Assembly: GCA_008632985.1 (NCBI GenBank)
Contig: QPGO01000004.1
Span: forward strand, 558,001 to 622,000
Length of the DNA: 64,000 bases
Direction: 5' to 3'
DNA from: Psammoneis japonica
Lineage: Eukaryota
Shown here: positions 1-11,160 of the stretch, piece after piece
Numbering within the stretch: the stretch's first letter is position 1
How the letters are laid out: every line of letters begins with the position of its first letter
The notes under the pieces: model-generated
Seen by the model: the letters and a program-made list of their open reading frames with translations, nothing else
What the model was told of the DNA's origin: nothing
Databases searched by the model: none
Position numbers and translations under genes: made by a program

Positions 1-704
1 TCGGTAGAGATGCAGTAACAGAGTTGCACAAACTCTTTGAGTGGGCCAAAACAAGTCGCCGTGGATTACTTCTCTTTTTGGATGAAGCCGATGCGTTCCT
101 ACAAAGTCGTGAAACGACAAAGATCTCGGAAGATCAACGGAATGCACTGAATGCCTTTTTATATCGCACTGGGTACGTAGTCTTTTTTCGTTTTTGTTTG
201 TGCGCCCTTTTTCTGGTCTAGATATTGGTATCTGACAGAATGTTGTGTTGTCACGCCTCTTGACGTAGGACTGAGAGTGACCAGTTCATGATGGTATATG
301 CGAGTAACCAACCTTCTCAGTTTGATGAGGCCATTATGGATCGTATTGATGAAATGGTTGAATTCGGGTTACCAGATACAGAGGAACGTCGAAAGATGAT
401 TGCCATGTACATTGAAAAGTACTTGCTTAACCCTCCTGGACGATGGGCCAAAACCGTGGAGACGGTTGATATCGGCGATGCCGAAATTGACCAGGTGGTT
501 GGCATGACTGAGGGATTCTCTGGACGTGCAATTTCCAAGTTGGCAATTGCTTGGCAAGCAGCAGCCTATGGAACTGAAGGTGCTGTGCTGGATAGAGACA
601 CCTTTTTCAAAACCGTAGAGCTTCACAAGAAGAGCATGCAACAAAAGGATGAGTGGTTGGACCATGCTCAGAAACGGGCTGAGATGCTTACAACGGACGC
701 GTAA
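1..704 (+). CDS. ATAD3: ATAD3-like mitochondrial AAA+ ATPase, 3' part (gene runs off window start); intron 173-268
   Basis: [28 protein letters not shown] (Walker B), [46 protein letters not shown]. The GT..AG intron joins the two ORFs in frame. Confidence 0.92.
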
Positions 705-831
705 AGTACGAGCTTTCGCTCTCTTGAGGAGAAAGGCAAATAGCAGTGACAACTTATCTTAAAGGGTGGACTATTTGCAACTGTCCTTTCTGATAGCATT
801 TTATGTGTCCGACTTGCATTCAGATCATTTC

Positions 832-2361
832 TCACTGGATCGCATCAGAATCTTCGACCTTACAGAGGCCTTCCCCATATGGAGAGCTCCTGACACCCAA
901 CGGACACACGTTTTCGTCTTCGTCGCCCCACGACGACCACAGCTTTCCAATTCGATCTCGCACTTCTGCTCCGCCATCACTGCAAATGTATAGACACGCC
1001 AATGCGTCGTAGCCTCCAGCTCCAGGAACAATGGCGGCTACGACGCCAGGTAATTCCATAGTGGCGTTAGCTAGGGCTGTCTGCTCGTCGGGCTCCACCG
1101 GCACACCCGCAGCGTCACCCATGGCTTTCAGATTGGTTCTTGCCTCTCCAAAGGCTTGGCGTAGTTCCAGAAGCAACTGAATCACGTCTTTAGACTCGTC
1201 AGTCTCAGCTGTCGTCCACTGATCCGCAGTAATTTGAGACAAAGCTGAAGCATGTTTTTCCAAGGTTTCCGAAGAGGACGAAAGTCGATCAAACAGCGCA
1301 ACGATGCGTTCATTGACTTGCGCCAAGTTCTCCCAATATGGCTCACTAGAGGCACCATCTGTCCCACGACTTTGTTTCCAATTCAAGACCTTTCGAGCCA
1401 TTGAAGGGCTTTCACTCCCGCCACACACGTCAGCCAACAGTAACTCTAAGCCTGCCGGTAGTTTCAACGGTGCTTGAACACCTCCGCTCCATGACTCGTG
1501 TGTCAGTCGATGTAGCATCTGAGATGTCATACGTGAGACAGAACGAGGATCCTTATCCAAACTATTCAGCAACTCTGGTAAAATGCATTTGGGAAAGCGC
1601 CGATAGACATGAGACCCAAAGACGGCCGAGCTGACATCAAAGCCACTCCCCACCTTGCCCTGTGCGTGACAGTGACAAATCTGCGCCAAATTATGAGCGA
1701 CCAAAAGGGAATCACCAGAAGAAGCAACAGGACCCGTTGACGAGGGCAATTGTGTAGCACCAAAGGCTTCTAGGAGTGCACCAACCAAGCTCGTCACCAA
1801 TGCCGCACTGCTCCCTAAGCCTGTCTTATTCACTACAGGCTTTCCATCGACTAGGGGACACGGTAAACATTTTGGTAGCTTGCTTACGTTCTCCGGCGTT
1901 GCCTCCCATTCCCGTTCCTTCAAGTGGGGTAATACACTGTAAAAGTCGTTATCCGCACGAATCACTACTTCAAGACGGGAGGGAAACTCCTTCACACCAA
2001 ACTGCCACAGGTAGCCCAACACGATCCTCAAAGTCTTCTCGACGAAACCGTTCTCGGATGCATTTGACTCAAGCGGCCATAATTCAAACTTTTCTTCTCC
2101 GTCCTCGATGTTGGAAACTTTGCACTGGTAATTCCATGTGGTATGGAACTGAGGACTGCGAATTTCAATGACGGGGTCTTTGCTCGTCAAGTTCGACGTG
2201 GCGTCGTCGCCTTGAGAGACCGAGCAATAAAACCGTTTGTGGGCGGCAACGACCAATCCAACATTCGGTGACTCCAGGACTAGGTATCCACCTGCTAGTA
2301 GGACTTTACCAGGGGCTGACACCGTGCACGCCTTGAGCGAAGTAGTAGACGACGACGCCAT
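832..2361 (-). CDS. PMK: Phosphomevalonate kinase, ERG8-type GHMP kinase
   Basis: SAPGKVLLAGGYLVL, NKTGLGSSAA, HCHAQGKVGSGFDVSSAVFG, VPGAGGYDA. Likely start MASSS at 2361. Confidence 0.93.
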   Translation of the reverse strand: MASSSTTSLKACTVSAPGKVLLAGGYLVLESPNVGLVVAAHKRFYCSVSQGDDATSNLTSKDPVIEIRSPQFHTTWNYQCKVSNIEDGEEKFELWPLESNASENGFVEKTLRIVLGYLWQFGVKEFPSRLEVVIRADNDFYSVLPHLKEREWEATPENVSKLPKCLPCPLVDGKPVVNKTGLGSSAALVTSLVGALLEAFGATQLPSSTGPVASSGDSLLVAHNLAQICHCHAQGKVGSGFDVSSAVFGSHVYRRFPKCILPELLNSLDKDPRSVSRMTSQMLHRLTHESWSGGVQAPLKLPAGLELLLADVCGGSESPSMARKVLNWKQSRGTDGASSEPYWENLAQVNERIVALFDRLSSSSETLEKHASALSQITADQWTTAETDESKDVIQLLLELRQAFGEARTNLKAMGDAAGVPVEPDEQTALANATMELPGVVAAIVPGAGGYDALACLYICSDGGAEVRDRIGKLWSSWGDEDENVCPLGVRSSPYGEGLCKVEDSDAIQ

Positions 2362-2736
2362 TTTCAATTTTGTGAGATGCGTGATGATGTGGCTTTTACA
2401 GTACGGTGCACGGTCAGACGCATTCGGTTGCATGTTCATTCGTTCATTCATTTCATTCATCATTCCACCAATGACTAACTAAAATGCTTAGCTTGGGATC
2501 AGTCGGGATCTTCAATCTCCCTTTTGTAGAAGTAGGACCTAGTAGCTAGCTACGGTAGGCCCTCTAGCTAGACATTAATTTTAGTGGAACGCGGTCTTAC
2601 TTAAGATCGTTCGACACATTCGTTACTATTGGAGGGCGCTTAGCGTTAGCGCTATTACATAGCCACTTTAAATGAAGTCTTCTCTTCTGCGTTTCAATTC
2701 ACTTTCATCCGTCAACCACATTTTTAAAATATCCAA

Positions 2737-4195
2737 CTAGACAACAATTGATTTTGTGATTTCACTACAAAGAGCCATAGTCTGTCCTTTTGAAACCTTG
2801 TCCAAGGAGGTGATGACTTGAGGGAGGTCTTGACGAAGCATCTGCAGGTTTGGATTCACAGTGTACTCGTCCTTCATTGCTTGCATGCGCTCCAGGACAC
2901 TTTCATGGATATTGATGGCACTTATGTTGGACGATCCGTTCTTCAGGCTATCGACGTTACGGTGGCACGACCAACAGTCACTAATATTGATCTCTCCTAA
3001 TGAATCAGGCTTGGTGACAAGAGAATCTCGGACCAAGTTGATGTTTTCGGCAAACTTCGTCTTCCAACCCCACAAGCTGTTTTGCAAGGCTTCGCCCTTC
3101 ACTTCTTCTGGGCTGAGAAACGTAAGTTTGCTCTCTTCCAGCCATTCTTTCATGTACTCGAACGCCACATCTGAGAGGCCACGGCGGTGATATCCTCCTC
3201 CTACATTACTATGACTTCCGGGAAACCACACTTCGGTAACACGATCAGAAGCACCCATAAGAGTCGGTGCAAAGGTTCCGATTGTACTGGTGTCGCGGAT
3301 ATGGAAACGCGTGTCGTCCAGAGACACACAATGGACGGCCTTCTTCACGTTAGGGTGTAACTGTTCCTCTTCCTCGCCCAAATAGGTTGCCGGGGGGAAA
3401 CCGGCACAGTTTCGCTGGACCTGGTCAAGATTCTTTGCTTGATCTTGGAGGACCGTATCGAAACATCCAAGGAATTCAACTTCGGGGTCCATCACTTCAC
3501 CTATTCCCTCCTTGCAAACTTTTGAGGTGAAGAGGCGGGCCGATGCCGCTCCGCGGCTAAAACCTATCACATAAATCAAGTCACCTTCCTCGTAGACTTT
3601 GCTCAATCTATCCCTCATGGGATTGACTTGCGCTATTTCCACAAATCCCACGAAGAAATCTATCTTTGAAAGTATTCCTCGGACTTTGGAGATGAAAGGC
3701 AGCGCGTTTTCCCACTTCTGCGCGCCCACTCCTCTGTCATAGAGGGAGACCTGACCATCAACAAACGAGGAATCGTCAGTACGATCGATGCTTCCTCCAG
3801 CGAGGAGGTGAAACCTGAGTATGTTGGTAAAGTCCTTGTCGTTCGCTTCATCGGGGAAATTCGTTTCGGGAGAATTGCCAGATCCATCTGAAATGCGGCA
3901 TACATAGAGAAGAAGTTGTCAGCCTTTCCAGCACAAAAATTGGTATGAACGATCCTGCCGTTCTCATTCTTTTTCCTTCTCCAAGTTCTTCGCGATTACG
4001 AAACAACGTACCGAAGCAAACTAGAATTTTCTTTGCAAACAACGTCGGAAAGTCACAACGACGGCGATGAGTAGTCGACGTTGCAGGCCTGACACCACTT
4101 AAAGCGAGGCTTCGTTGCCCCTGGAAGGCCGCCGCCGACGAAAAGACGAGCGTGGCTGCCGCCAGGACAGCTCCTCTGACGTGATGCATCATCAT
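2737..4195 (-). CDS. DUF2235 (Tle1-like) alpha/beta hydrolase with N-terminal signal peptide; one intron ~3888-4011
   Basis: Spliced KKILVCF|DGSGN..TNI..LY.RGVG, GFSRGA nucleophile motif, FLGCFDTV, VWFPGSHSNVGGG. N-terminus MMMHHVRGAVLAAATLVFSSAAAF. Confidence 0.82.
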
Positions 4196-4657
4196 GGATC
4201 TTCCCAACTTGTTGGTTTTCGTTTTGTTACACAATATCCTTACTACAATCTGGATTGCAGAAGCGATCATCAAAAAGTGCTCAGCAGGATCTGGATCTTG
4301 AATCTGACTCTTGCGTGCATGACGTCTGGATCTGTTCCGCCTGTCAGTCGTCGTCGCAAAACGACAAAATTGAAAATTGAATGAAAAATCTGGACAACAT
4401 CGGCCCATAGAAACTCTGTCCTCCAGTGCGTTTGCGTTCTTCACAGTTCCACTATGGCCTACGAAAAATGTACAGTCTGTCCAGCGTTCACCAAAAGCAC
4501 ATACGCGCTGATTGACAGACTGATTCTGTTCAAATTGTACACAAGATTCTTTGGACAGCTTCCGTCCAAATTAATCAAAATGCCAAGGCGTCCCCAAAAT
4601 CCAAATCCGGCCGGTCCACGCAAGATTGCATGATGTGTAGAGTAGAACGCAATTTAA

Positions 4658-5988
4658 GAGGGCGGTCCAGAGATCGCCTGGTACACTTTTTACGTAGAAA
4701 CTACCAGAGAGCCAATCACGTACATTCCCACACAGACGCAGCACAAAACAGAAAGCATGGCACTCCATCACGCGACCTCACGACGACACCACCTGACGAC
4801 AACGCATCAAAATGGCGTCATCCGTGTCTTTCTGCAGCTCCTCTTTCACTTGCCCGATTGCTCCAAAAGGGCCAGGGGAAGCCAACAAGCTTTCTCTTAT
4901 GACAGAGCAATGCAAACAAAAGTTGTTTTTTGTTCCAAAATCTCAGAATGCAGTGCAACCGATTGTCAAGGCAAACTCGCACGTTGGCGGCAACAACACC
5001 AGTTAATGTTCACTCTAGAACAACAATGGAGACGTGATGCCCCAATGAAACAAAGTCCATGCCCCCATGACAAATTTTAAAGCCAGTTCTTCTTGTTGGC
5101 ATGCAATCTTTAGCTGCTTTTTAGACTTGACAAAATGATCATCTGCCCCGGCTGTCACCCTCTGAGTTTGTTGCATTGGCCAACAAATTGGCAAGCAAGC
5201 CACATGTTTCTAGCTCACAAACGCCTTGCAGCCAAAAGAAGCAATCTAAACTTTCAGAACAGCCATGATGCACTGGTCTGCCGAATCAAACTCCGCATCA
5301 CCAAGTGGGGCGGGGGGAGAACCATTGTCAAAAATGCACTGTGACGGATCTGAGCTCTTGAGAGCTCATCCAGCTTTTGACACCACAGCCCCAAATCACC
5401 ACATTTGTCATGAAGTCAGCCTGATGCTGTGTCTGTGACTTTGCCTCGTTTTGGAATTGCCGTGGCCATCGCATTGCAGAGTTGACATTCTTGACGAGGA
5501 AAAGTGTTTCTGGGATGCCTTGCGACGACGGAGACCCTGCAGAACAAAAGAACAACATAGAAAGAGACAACACATGTGAGTCAAACGGGCATCAATGTGT
5601 GAAGCCTCAACGAAACACACAGCATGAATGGTGACACATGAGGTCGGTCGTGATGCAACAGAAGCGACGCTGTCAACGCGAACCTTCAGTGAGAATTTTC
5701 ACCATCAGCTGCCCATGTGAACCTGTGCACTCTCGAGCTTGTCACACGCCTTGTGCTGTGACGTAAGACACTCCATTGAGAGTACACTACAAAGCACCTC
5801 AGAAACAACCGCATTTTTGAAATCGGCGAAACGCCATTGTCCGTGTTATTTTGCGTGTCATTTTGCGTCGCGAGCCAGAAAACACTCCCAAAACTGTTCC
5901 ACAGGGCAAAATGTGCTGAATCCACACAGATTTGGGTTGTGCCAGGCCATGTAGAAAATGAACGGGCCGAGAACTGTGGTGCGCCCAC
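4658..5988. mobile_element. Nested non-autonomous DNA element inserted in the left TIR of the outer element (TTAA or TA target duplication)
   Basis: TTAA at 4654-4657 and 5989-5992. Ends GAGGGCGGTCCAGAG vs rc GTGGGCGCACCACAG (11/15). Removing it restores AATTTAAGGCCC, matching the outer right TIR. Confidence 0.7.
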
Positions 5989-6639
5989 TTAAGGCCCAGC
6001 GTGAATTAAGGCCCTTGTGCTGTCAGGCTCAAATCATGGATTCGAGGTGCGAGCTCCACAAAAACATCACGAGAACAGTGCTCGACGAATGGTCAGCGGC
6101 CGTTTCCACCTGCAGTGCAGCTGCAAAAAAATGACCATGCCACCACAAATGGAGGTCCAAATGAACAATGCTACACCAATCCTCACCACATTGATGCACA
6201 AATGGATCCTGAGCAGCTTCGTCGCTGCAGTCAATGGATCCATTGACTTGCTCCTCATGGCTCTCCTCTGTTTCTCTGGTGCCTCTCATTGAACTCTTCT
6301 TGCTTTTGAAAATTACAACTAGTTTCTCCTTGTTGTACTGACCTTCACAAAGAAAGATGACACAGTCAACAAACATGATGGAGCACATTCTTCCGTCTTC
6401 GGAGGCTTCTTCGGCGGCGCCATGGTGCATCGTTTATGTCGCATCGATGCGATGTGGGATCCTACGTAGGACGTAGTACTAATTCTACGTATGTGACGTG
6501 GAGGGCCTTAAATCACGACCATCCTATCATCCTCGCTCTTCGGACATTTTGGTTCGCGCGACAAAACTCATCAACTATACGGATTTGAGAAAGTGGAATA
6601 ATTTTTTTTCTGACAAGTTCAACGAGATCTTTCATATAA

Positions 6640-6931
6640 CCCTGCTTATGCAGTGACCCCCCAAAACGAGGGTCACTGCCACCGCGCGTGCAGTGACCCC
6701 CCAAAACGAGGGTCACTGCAGCTGCGTTAAATTCTACGTGTTTGTACCAGGAAAATGTACCTCCAACCTATCCGGCAGGCGTGAGTAATATTTTATGTAC
6801 GAGAGAAAGAGTTCGTTGGGGCAGGCGAACAACATCTCTCTACGATGCGACTGGTACAAAATCTACGTAAATGCACAGACACGCTCTGGAGCATGTCTGT
6901 GCAAATTCGAGCTCGTAAATAATAAGCAGGG
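6640..6931. mobile_element. piggyBac-like MITE (292 bp) nested in the outer element
   Basis: Perfect 10-bp TIRs CCCTGCTTAT (6640-6649) / ATAAGCAGGG (6922-6931). Identical 4-bp flanks ATAA at 6636-6639 and 6932-6935. CCC...GGG termini. Confidence 0.65.
6649..6720. repeat. Two identical 31-bp palindromic units, 40-bp period
   Basis: TGCAGTGACCCCCCAAAACGAGGGTCACTGC at 6649-6679 and 6689-6719; each has a 10-bp stem GCAGTGACCC/GGGTCACTGC. Confidence 0.9.
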
Positions 6932-7140
6932 ATAAACACATAAAAGTGCGAAATGCACGCGCATTATGTCGTCTTCATAGATGGAGTTCTTAGCCGGGCC
7001 TTAAATTGCGTTCTACTCTATCATAAATAACATAATGCGGATCTGGGCATGAGGCATGAGACAAGGACTGAACACTGAACTCGAGAAGCACAGTATGGAT
7101 ACGCAACCAACAAACGACTAACAACTTCAAAAACTTTGGG

Positions 7141-7177
<37 letters not shown>
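7141..7177. repeat. (TTG)n microsatellite
   Basis: About 12 TTG units; absent from the duplicate copy near 20430. Confidence 0.95.
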
Positions 7178-7179
<2 letters not shown>

Positions 7180-7626
7180 TGGTCGCCAAATGAAACGATA
7201 CATTTTTAAGTCGGACGCTCAAGCGGAATTGCAATCTCTTCAATCTCGCATAGGAAAAGCACAATGTTCTGTTCACGTCGACAATATGGAAAGCATTCTC
7301 TCAACGCCTGCTCGTGACAACACAAAAGGATCAAGCAGAGAGATGATGCGGATAGTACAGTAACCGTTGGTTGCATACGGTAGGTAGAGAGCATTGCTTT
7401 TTGAATTGCATGCCGGGCGAAATTATTCATTGGCGGCGTCTCCGCTGATCAAGGTGAAAGATCTTTTGCGTACGAAAGTCTGAGCGTCTCGGGTTGCTCT
7501 CTGCTGTCTAACTGACGTTGTGGTTGTTTTTCTTCTCACTTGAAATAGACACGATCTATTTTGATTTGCTTCAGGTACCATTACCAACTACGTCAGAAAG
7601 AACTGTCTACAATATTCTTAATACTT

Positions 7627-9456
7627 CTAAAGATTTGATGGCAAAAGGACGTCGTCAATGACATGCACAATGCCGTTGCTTGCTTCGATGTCGGTACCGA
7701 CAACTTTAATGCCATTGATAGTTGCACCGACACGCCTGTACCTCTTGAACTGGATATCAACCTGAAGGGCTTCGCCCGCAAGAGCCGTATCAACCGAACC
7801 TTTCATCAAATCGCTAAACCTGACCTTGCCAGGGACGACATGATAAAGAAGAATCTTTTTAAGGGTTTCGGTGTCGGCAACGACAGCATCGAGGGTGGTG
7901 TCAAGCTTCTTCAAAAGTCTGTCAAAACTTGCATTCGTTGGGGCAAATACGGTAAAGGGTCCTTCCGATTGGAGCGTTTCAACCAAACCTGCTGCCTTCA
8001 CAGCTGCAACAAGAGTGGAGAAGTCTTTGTTGGAGCTGGCTACTTCGACAATGTCTGGAAGGGGCTCTGGAGGAATCAGAACCTTGTCGATGACATGAAT
8101 AATGCCATTCGAAGCTAGCGTATCAAAGCTGGTAATTTTCGTGTCACCGTTGAGTTTGGCACACCCGTAACTCTTGATTTCGACCTCAATGCTTCGCTTT
8201 TCAAGCGCCGTTGCTACCGAGCCATCTCGAAGGTCGTCACGAGTGACTACTCCAGGAACGACATGGTAGAGGAGTATGTTCGTGAGGGTTTCTCTGTTCG
8301 CTTCCTTGAGCAGGGCATCCAAGGTGAGGCCGAGCTGCTTCAGGGTCCGTGTGAAAGCTTCGTTTGTGGGTGCAAATACGGTGAAGGGGCCACCACGAAG
8401 AGTATCAACCAAGCCAGCCGTCGACACAGCCTTTACAAGAGTGGAAAAGTCGTCGATGGAACTGGCAACATCAACAATGTCTGGCTTCTTGTCAGTCTTG
8501 GGTTCTGGAGGAATGAGGACGGTGTCGATCACGTGAATGATTCCATTGTTTGCCAATATATTGACGTCAGTGATTTTGACCTTGTCATTAAGGACAACCT
8601 TGTCGCTCTGCACGTCCACATCGATCTCTTTTCCAAGCAACGTCTTGATGGGTCCGTCCTTAAGTTCTTTATCGACAACAATGCCAGGCAGCACGTGATA
8701 CTTCAGAATGTCGGCAAGTGTAGCTTGATTTTCGGGTTTGAGAAGATCGGAAAGGGTCATACCAAGCTTGGAAAATGCTTCATTGGTCGGAGCGAGCACG
8801 GTCAATGGCCCGCCTTTCAGCGCATCCACCAAACCGGCTGCTTGAGCAGCTTTAACAAGCGTCGAGAACATAGCCGGGTTGGCAATGGCTACATCCACGA
8901 CGTCGTTCGTTAGGAACGGGGGTACCAACACAGAATCCACCACTTGCACAAGACCATTGCTCGCCTTAACGTTGCGTGTCAAGACGTTGGCGTTGTTGAT
9001 CTTAACGTTCCCCCGCATCTTGGTTGTAACGACGCTATCACCAAGAAGCGTCTTAATGCGGGCATTGTTTTCGATGGCCTTGCGGTTAGCCTTGACTCTG
9101 CCTGGGACAACATGATACTTGAGTAAACCACGTAGATGCTCAATGTATGAGCTGTCGGTCGTCAACTTGGTAACTAAACCCTTATCCAAAGCGGAGAACG
9201 CTTCATCCGTTGGAGCGAAGACGGTGTAGCGTGGACATCTGGCTCTGTTTCTCCTCCATGTGCAGCCAAACTCCGCGTCGAGGCCAGCGATACCAAGGGC
9301 GGTAACGAGCGTTTTGAACCCGTTGGACTTCGCAACATCCAGAATCGTGACTCGCTTTCTTCGTAGCTGACGTGCTTCGTCTGTGGCATCACCAACAGTT
9401 GAGGCGGTTGAGAACGAGAGACACAACGTGCCCAACAACAAGTAGGGCAGCTTCAT
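7627..9456 (-). CDS. Secreted fasciclin protein with four FAS1 domains (paralogue 1)
   Basis: Signal peptide MKLPYLLLGTLCLSFSTA, RQLRRKR, four repeats of F.TL..A...AGL / TVFAPT.EAF / L.YHV.PG / ASNG.IHVID.VL. Confidence 0.92.
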   Translation of the reverse strand: MKLPYLLLGTLCLSFSTASTVGDATDEARQLRRKRVTILDVAKSNGFKTLVTALGIAGLDAEFGCTWRRNRARCPRYTVFAPTDEAFSALDKGLVTKLTTDSSYIEHLRGLLKYHVVPGRVKANRKAIENNARIKTLLGDSVVTTKMRGNVKINNANVLTRNVKASNGLVQVVDSVLVPPFLTNDVVDVAIANPAMFSTLVKAAQAAGLVDALKGGPLTVLAPTNEAFSKLGMTLSDLLKPENQATLADILKYHVLPGIVVDKELKDGPIKTLLGKEIDVDVQSDKVVLNDKVKITDVNILANNGIIHVIDTVLIPPEPKTDKKPDIVDVASSIDDFSTLVKAVSTAGLVDTLRGGPFTVFAPTNEAFTRTLKQLGLTLDALLKEANRETLTNILLYHVVPGVVTRDDLRDGSVATALEKRSIEVEIKSYGCAKLNGDTKITSFDTLASNGIIHVIDKVLIPPEPLPDIVEVASSNKDFSTLVAAVKAAGLVETLQSEGPFTVFAPTNASFDRLLKKLDTTLDAVVADTETLKKILLYHVVPGKVRFSDLMKGSVDTALAGEALQVDIQFKRYRRVGATINGIKVVGTDIEASNGIVHVIDDVLLPSNL

Positions 9457-10610
9457 GTTTGGCGTTTCGTGTTTTCTCCAAGGACTTCGCTGATCGAAAG
9501 GCACCGATCTCTATTTTGTGAGAGTTGTAACATCACATTTCTTGTGCTCGACGCATTTCAAAATCCCGAACAATTGCTGAGTCACCATCCGAGATAGTGA
9601 CTTCCGCATTTTTTACTTATTGGGTTAGTAATGTCGGGAATGGCAGTGTAATATCAGCGGGACAGCGCACGGGATCACGCTTTTGTCCTTCCCTTATGTA
9701 ACACACGGTACTAGATCAAACTTTTGTTTCCCGCGAGTCTTTTCTTGTAACCCCGAAGGTTCTGGCTGAGCTGTTCAGCAGCACCTGCAAAATGTATTGG
9801 GCTTCCGTCAGCTAAAAAGTGAGCTCTGACGCAGCATCATGACTCAGCGACAAGCGGGGAAAACAACACACCTGATCCAACTTGCCAAATACCTTAGGTT
9901 GATATTATCATCATTCAGACCCTTTGGATTTCGAATATGAAGGTCATTCAAGGTTGTCCTGGCATTCTTCATACTTGAATTTGTGTCCGTCATCACATCT
10001 TACTGTACTTTTTACTTCGTATCTGAGAAAAACCCATGCGTACATACAGTACGTACCATACGACTGTGTAGTTAGCTTTACAGTACGATCGATATTGTAC
10101 GATAGTATGTGACATTTTCCACAAGGTCATTAGATTATTCTGTCCTACTTCTATTCTAGCTACTGTACGAACGACGGATACGACGTAATGTGATGTGCAC
10201 GATGAGCATAAGCTGTAACCGACCAAGCCTCAAACATCCCGATCGCCATGACGGTGACAGCTTGATCTTGCTTCTCTTGGAGCGCTGTGAGTGGTTGGAG
10301 TGGAGCGCTGTGAAAATCATAAAAACCTCATGTACAAAGCACTCCATGCCAAGCATCATGCACTGGCACTTGACATTCAAAAAGAATGTGAGCCCAAACT
10401 GTGGCACATGTGCCAGCACCGATGCACCCCGCAGCTTGGCTCTGCTGGTGGTTTCAACCTGAGCTCACCTTTGGACACCACTTGCAACCCAAGGACAGCA
10501 GGGAACTTGTCAAAATCATGCTCTCTTTGCTCTTCCAGCAGAGATGAGGTGGAGCAAGGTGGCGCCAACGACCTTCCTTGTCAGTTTCGCGAAAAATGCA
10601 AAAAAAGCTG

Positions 10611-11160
10611 TGAGAGGCAAAAGCAGAAAGAAGTCATGACAAGGCCCAAAACAAGGAGTGGAGGGCATTTTTGTGCCACTCTTGTGCAAGGCCAAGTTTG
10701 ATCTCTGCCAACTGTGTGGACTTGTGCAAGTCTGTGGCGTGCATCAGCCAAGTCTCACAGCAAGAGGTTGCCAGCCAAGGCAGAGACAATTTGAAAACAC
10801 AGCATCTCTTGTGCTTTGATGGTGGTCTGAGATAAAAAAATCTTTGTGAGGGGCTCTGGCAATCAGCCAAACAGCAAAAAGAACAAGCCACATGAGAGCA
10901 AAAGCAGAAAGGAGCTGTGACAAGGCCCAAAACAAAAAGTGGAGGGCTTTTTCCATGCTCTTGTCCAAGGCCAACAAGATCAATCTCTGACAACTGCGTG
11001 AACTTGTGCAAGTCTGTGGCGTGTGCCAGCAGCCAAGTCTTGCAGCAGCAAGACAAAGAACATGCCAGCCAAAATGGAGACAATCTGAGAACACAACATC
11101 TCTTGTGCTCTGATGGTTTTCTGTGATGAAAAATTCTTTGTGTGAGGAGCTCTGGCAGTG
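10611..11160. repeat. Diverged tandem duplication, ~282-bp period
   Basis: TGAGAG(G)CAAAAGCAGAAAG..TGACAAGGCCCAAAACAA..CTTGTGCAAGTCTGTGGCGTG..CATCTCTTGTGCT at ~10611-10862 and ~10893-11160. Confidence 0.85.

Larger units (their letters stand above)
4640..7018. mobile_element. Non-autonomous Tc1/mariner(pogo)-like DNA transposon with TA target duplication, carrying two nested insertions
   Basis: Left end ta|GAGTAGAACGCAATTTAA (4638-4657) continues GGCCC at 5993 after a nested insert. Right end GGGCCTTAAATTGCGTTCTACTC|ta (6996-7020) is its reverse complement. Extra TTAAGGCCC motifs at 6006 and inverted at 6503. No transposase recognised. Confidence 0.8.
7059..10283. repeat. Segmental duplication copy A (fasciclin gene plus flanks); direct repeat of 20382-23300
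   Basis: Colinear similarity from AGACAAGG..CTCGA.AAGCAC through the FAS1 gene and its promoter to GATCTTGCTTCTCTTGGAG. Confidence 0.9.

Noticed and set aside
6649..6720. Palindromic direct repeats as a mini-CRISPR or terminator
   Set aside because: Only two units, a 9-bp linker, no U-tract, and located inside a MITE.
7663..9126. Long antisense ORFs over the fasciclin genes (also over the ROCO and BFR1-like genes)
   Set aside because: Shadow ORFs of real coding sequence, with no independent motifs.
9970..10215. TA-rich segment with TACAGTA/TACTGTA motifs present only in duplication copy A
   Set aside because: Could be transposon footprints, but no TIR or target duplication could be defined.
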